A stretch of 64,000 nt of DNA, taken from positions 6,154 to 70,153 of the forward strand of contig JAFUOO010000008.1 of the NCBI GenBank assembly GCA_017472685.1, read 5' to 3'. The translations under genes were made by a program, and so were the position numbers. The notes beneath the pieces are model-generated. The model had not been told where the DNA came from, did no database searches, and was given only the letters and a program-made list of their open reading frames with translations. This DNA comes from Clostridia bacterium. Lineage in GTDB: Bacteria > Bacillota > Clostridia > UMGS1883. Position 1 is the first letter of the stretch, and every line of letters begins with the position of its first letter. Positions 62,162-64,000 of the stretch are shown piece after piece.

Positions 62162-62852
62162 TTTACATTCACATGTTCTTTTTGACATTGATGACGGTGC
62201 TCAGAGCATTGAGGAATCGTTGGCGATACTGAAAAGGGCAAGAGATGCGGGAATAAATAAAATGATGGCAACACCTCACTTCTCAATAGGTGAGGATGTG
62301 GACAAGTTTCTGGACAGACGAAAACGAAGGTTTGACAATCTTAAGGCGGCTGCAGCAGCGGAAGGGCTTGACATAAGCCTTAAAGCGGGAGCCGAGGTTT
62401 ATATAACAGACGAAATTTTTAACGAAGACCGTCTGCCGGACCTGACCTTTGAAGGCAGCAATATTATGCTTACGGAGTTCAGGTATCATTCTCTCAAGCC
62501 TGAAACCTTTCTTGGCTATGTTGACGAAATAATAAGCAACGGAATAAAGATTTTGGTGGCGCATCCCGAAAGGTATTCCTACCTTATGGAAAACGCAAGG
62601 CTTCTTGATGCGCTTTTAGCACGTGATGTTCTTTTGCAGGTCAATGCCATAAGCCTCTTTGAAGACAGCGACGAGGGTGATTTTGCAAGATTTCTGGTAA
62701 AAAATGAGCTGGCGCACGTAATTGCCGGCGATATACATCACCCTGAGTCGAGACGGATTAAGGCAATGAAAAAGCTTGGGGAAAACAGCGCACCATACAT
62801 TGTCCGTGCGTTAAGCAGTGTTCCCGATGAAATTTTTGAAGGAGTTTTTTAA
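62154..62852 (+). CDS. PHP-domain tyrosine-protein phosphatase (CpsB/YwqE type)
   Basis: MVDLHSHVLFDIDDGA N-terminus, then ATPH... and AHPERY motifs. Confidence 0.8.
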   Translation: MVDLHSHVLFDIDDGAQSIEESLAILKRARDAGINKMMATPHFSIGEDVDKFLDRRKRRFDNLKAAAAAEGLDISLKAGAEVYITDEIFNEDRLPDLTFEGSNIMLTEFRYHSLKPETFLGYVDEIISNGIKILVAHPERYSYLMENARLLDALLARDVLLQVNAISLFEDSDEGDFARFLVKNELAHVIAGDIHHPESRRIKAMKKLGENSAPYIVRALSSVPDEIFEGVF

Positions 62853-63722
62853 ATGTATAATATAACAATTGTGGGATTAGGTATCATAGGCGGTTCTCTG
62901 GCAAAGGCTCTCAAGGGCTATCCCGATACTGCCGTTTACGGCATCAATCACCGTCAAAGCATTATTGACATGGCAGTTGCCGACAGGGTAATTGCAAACA
63001 GCGGTGAAACAGACGAAGAAATACTTAAAAAGAGCGACATGGTTGTGCTTTGCCTGTATCCGTCCTTGTGTGTGGATTTTGTAAAGGAGCACATCCACCA
63101 TTTCAAAAAGGGCGCACTTCTCACCGACGTGTGCGGTATAAAGGAGCAGTTCGTAAAGGATATAAATGCTCTCATCCGTCCCGATATGGAATACGTGGGC
63201 GCACACCCCATGGCGGGTCGTGAGGTGTACGGCTATGTGAACAGCCTGCCTGATTTGTTCAAAAACTGTAACTTCCTTATTACACCCACTCCCGAAAACA
63301 CAGAAAAGGCAATAGGCGAAATTGAAAGAATGGCAAAGTACATAGGCGCAAAAAAGATTGTGCGCATTTCGCCTCATGACCATGACGAAATGATTGCCTA
63401 CACCAGCCAGCTGATGCACGTTATTGCCGTGGCACTGTGTGACAATAAGCATATTGAAATTGCATCGAACTTTGCGGCAGGGTCGCTCCGTGACTGTACA
63501 CGTGTTGCCGTTATAAACGAGGTATTGTGGAGCGAGCTGTTCATCGAAAATAAGGATGCGCTTTGTGTTTTGATTGACGAATTAAAGGGCAGCCTTGACA
63601 GAATAGAAAACGCAATCAAAGCCGAGGATTACGACACACTTAAGTCAATTATGAAGCATGCAACCGAGGCGAAGCTGAAGTATCTTAACGGCGAAACTCA
63701 TGTTAAACCCATAAATCAATAA
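62853..63722 (+). CDS. tyrA: prephenate dehydrogenase
   Basis: N-terminal Rossmann motif IVGLGIIGGSLA and the PDH domain (GAHPMAGRE). Confidence 0.85.
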   Translation: MYNITIVGLGIIGGSLAKALKGYPDTAVYGINHRQSIIDMAVADRVIANSGETDEEILKKSDMVVLCLYPSLCVDFVKEHIHHFKKGALLTDVCGIKEQFVKDINALIRPDMEYVGAHPMAGREVYGYVNSLPDLFKNCNFLITPTPENTEKAIGEIERMAKYIGAKKIVRISPHDHDEMIAYTSQLMHVIAVALCDNKHIEIASNFAAGSLRDCTRVAVINEVLWSELFIENKDALCVLIDELKGSLDRIENAIKAEDYDTLKSIMKHATEAKLKYLNGETHVKPINQ

Positions 63723-63751
63723 AGTAAAAATAAAAGAGAGCAAACGCTCTC

Positions 63752-64000
63752 TTATATTTTTGCTCGTAATTCAGTTACTTTTCCTATTATTGTAACGGGG
63801 AAGGCTTCGATTTCATCCGTGGTAAAAACCAGCGGGTCATAGCATGCGTTAAGCGGCATAAGAATAATGCCCGAATCCTTTTTGATTACCTTTTTTACCG
63901 TTGCGTCACCGCTGCCTACTAAGGCAACGCAAATGTCGCCGCTGGCACAGTCTGACTGCTTTCTCACAATTATCGTGTCGCCCTCCATCATCCTCGGTGC
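63752..64000 (-). CDS. S24 LexA-like repressor, C-terminal domain only (partial; continues past the window end)
   Basis: MMEGDTIIVRKQ...GDICVALVG.GDATVKKV...ILMPLN...IIGKVTELRAKI is the LexA/S24 C-terminal fold. The ORF is open to base 64000. Confidence 0.65.
   Translation of the reverse strand, partial: APRMMEGDTIIVRKQSDCASGDICVALVGSGDATVKKVIKKDSGIILMPLNACYDPLVFTTDEIEAFPVTIIGKVTELRAKI

Noticed and set aside
1-64000. CRISPR arrays, rRNA genes, IS transposases, retron/DGR reverse transcriptases
   Set aside because: I found no regularly spaced direct repeats, no rRNA-like conserved blocks, no transposase-like or RT-like ORFs, and no cas-like genes. The only recombinase is the tyrosine integrase at 54245-55498.

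Overview
This is a chromosomal segment of a spore-forming Firmicute of class Clostridia. That assignment rests on spoIID, a spoIIQ-like M23 gene, spoIIID, spoVAC/spoVAD and spoIIR. The SLH and glycoside-hydrolase surface proteins suggest a gut or rumen Oscillospiraceae/Ruminococcaceae-like organism, but that is inference only.

Most of the window is core genome:
- a yybP-ykoY (Mn2+) riboswitch in front of a P-type ATPase
- trxB, ogg and a ClpC-like ATPase
- a complete pstSCAB-phoU-phoPR locus
- dtd-lysS, yajC and rplS
- an FMN riboswitch with ribU
- trmB, tRNA-Leu(UAA), tyrA and a partial LexA-like gene at the right edge
- three large secreted proteins: a GH43 multidomain enzyme, a 2008-aa protein with a PI-PLC X-like domain, and a GH2 enzyme

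Two regions are accessory:
1. An AT-rich block at 1-2.9 kb carries an orphan HExxH protein and an immunity-type (Imm26-like) protein.
2. An integrative mobilizable element of about 8.9 kb (46636-55530) sits just downstream of lysS. It is bounded by 24-bp direct repeats built from TTACGACCA units. It carries a BlaI/BlaR1-like sensor pair and a roughly 575-nt non-coding structured unit that runs from a promoter to a terminator. It also has a replication/mobilisation module of a HelP-like protein, Rep, an FtsK-like ATPase, Xis and Int.

The Rep of that element has every signature motif of CRESS-DNA-virus HUH-SF3 Reps. A perfect stem-loop with TAGTATTAC at its apex and two tandem heptamer iterons lie directly upstream of it. 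This is the most interesting signal in the window.

No CRISPR array, rRNA gene or transposase was seen. All coordinates were read by eye and may be off by 1-2 nt. No database search or folding computation was possible.
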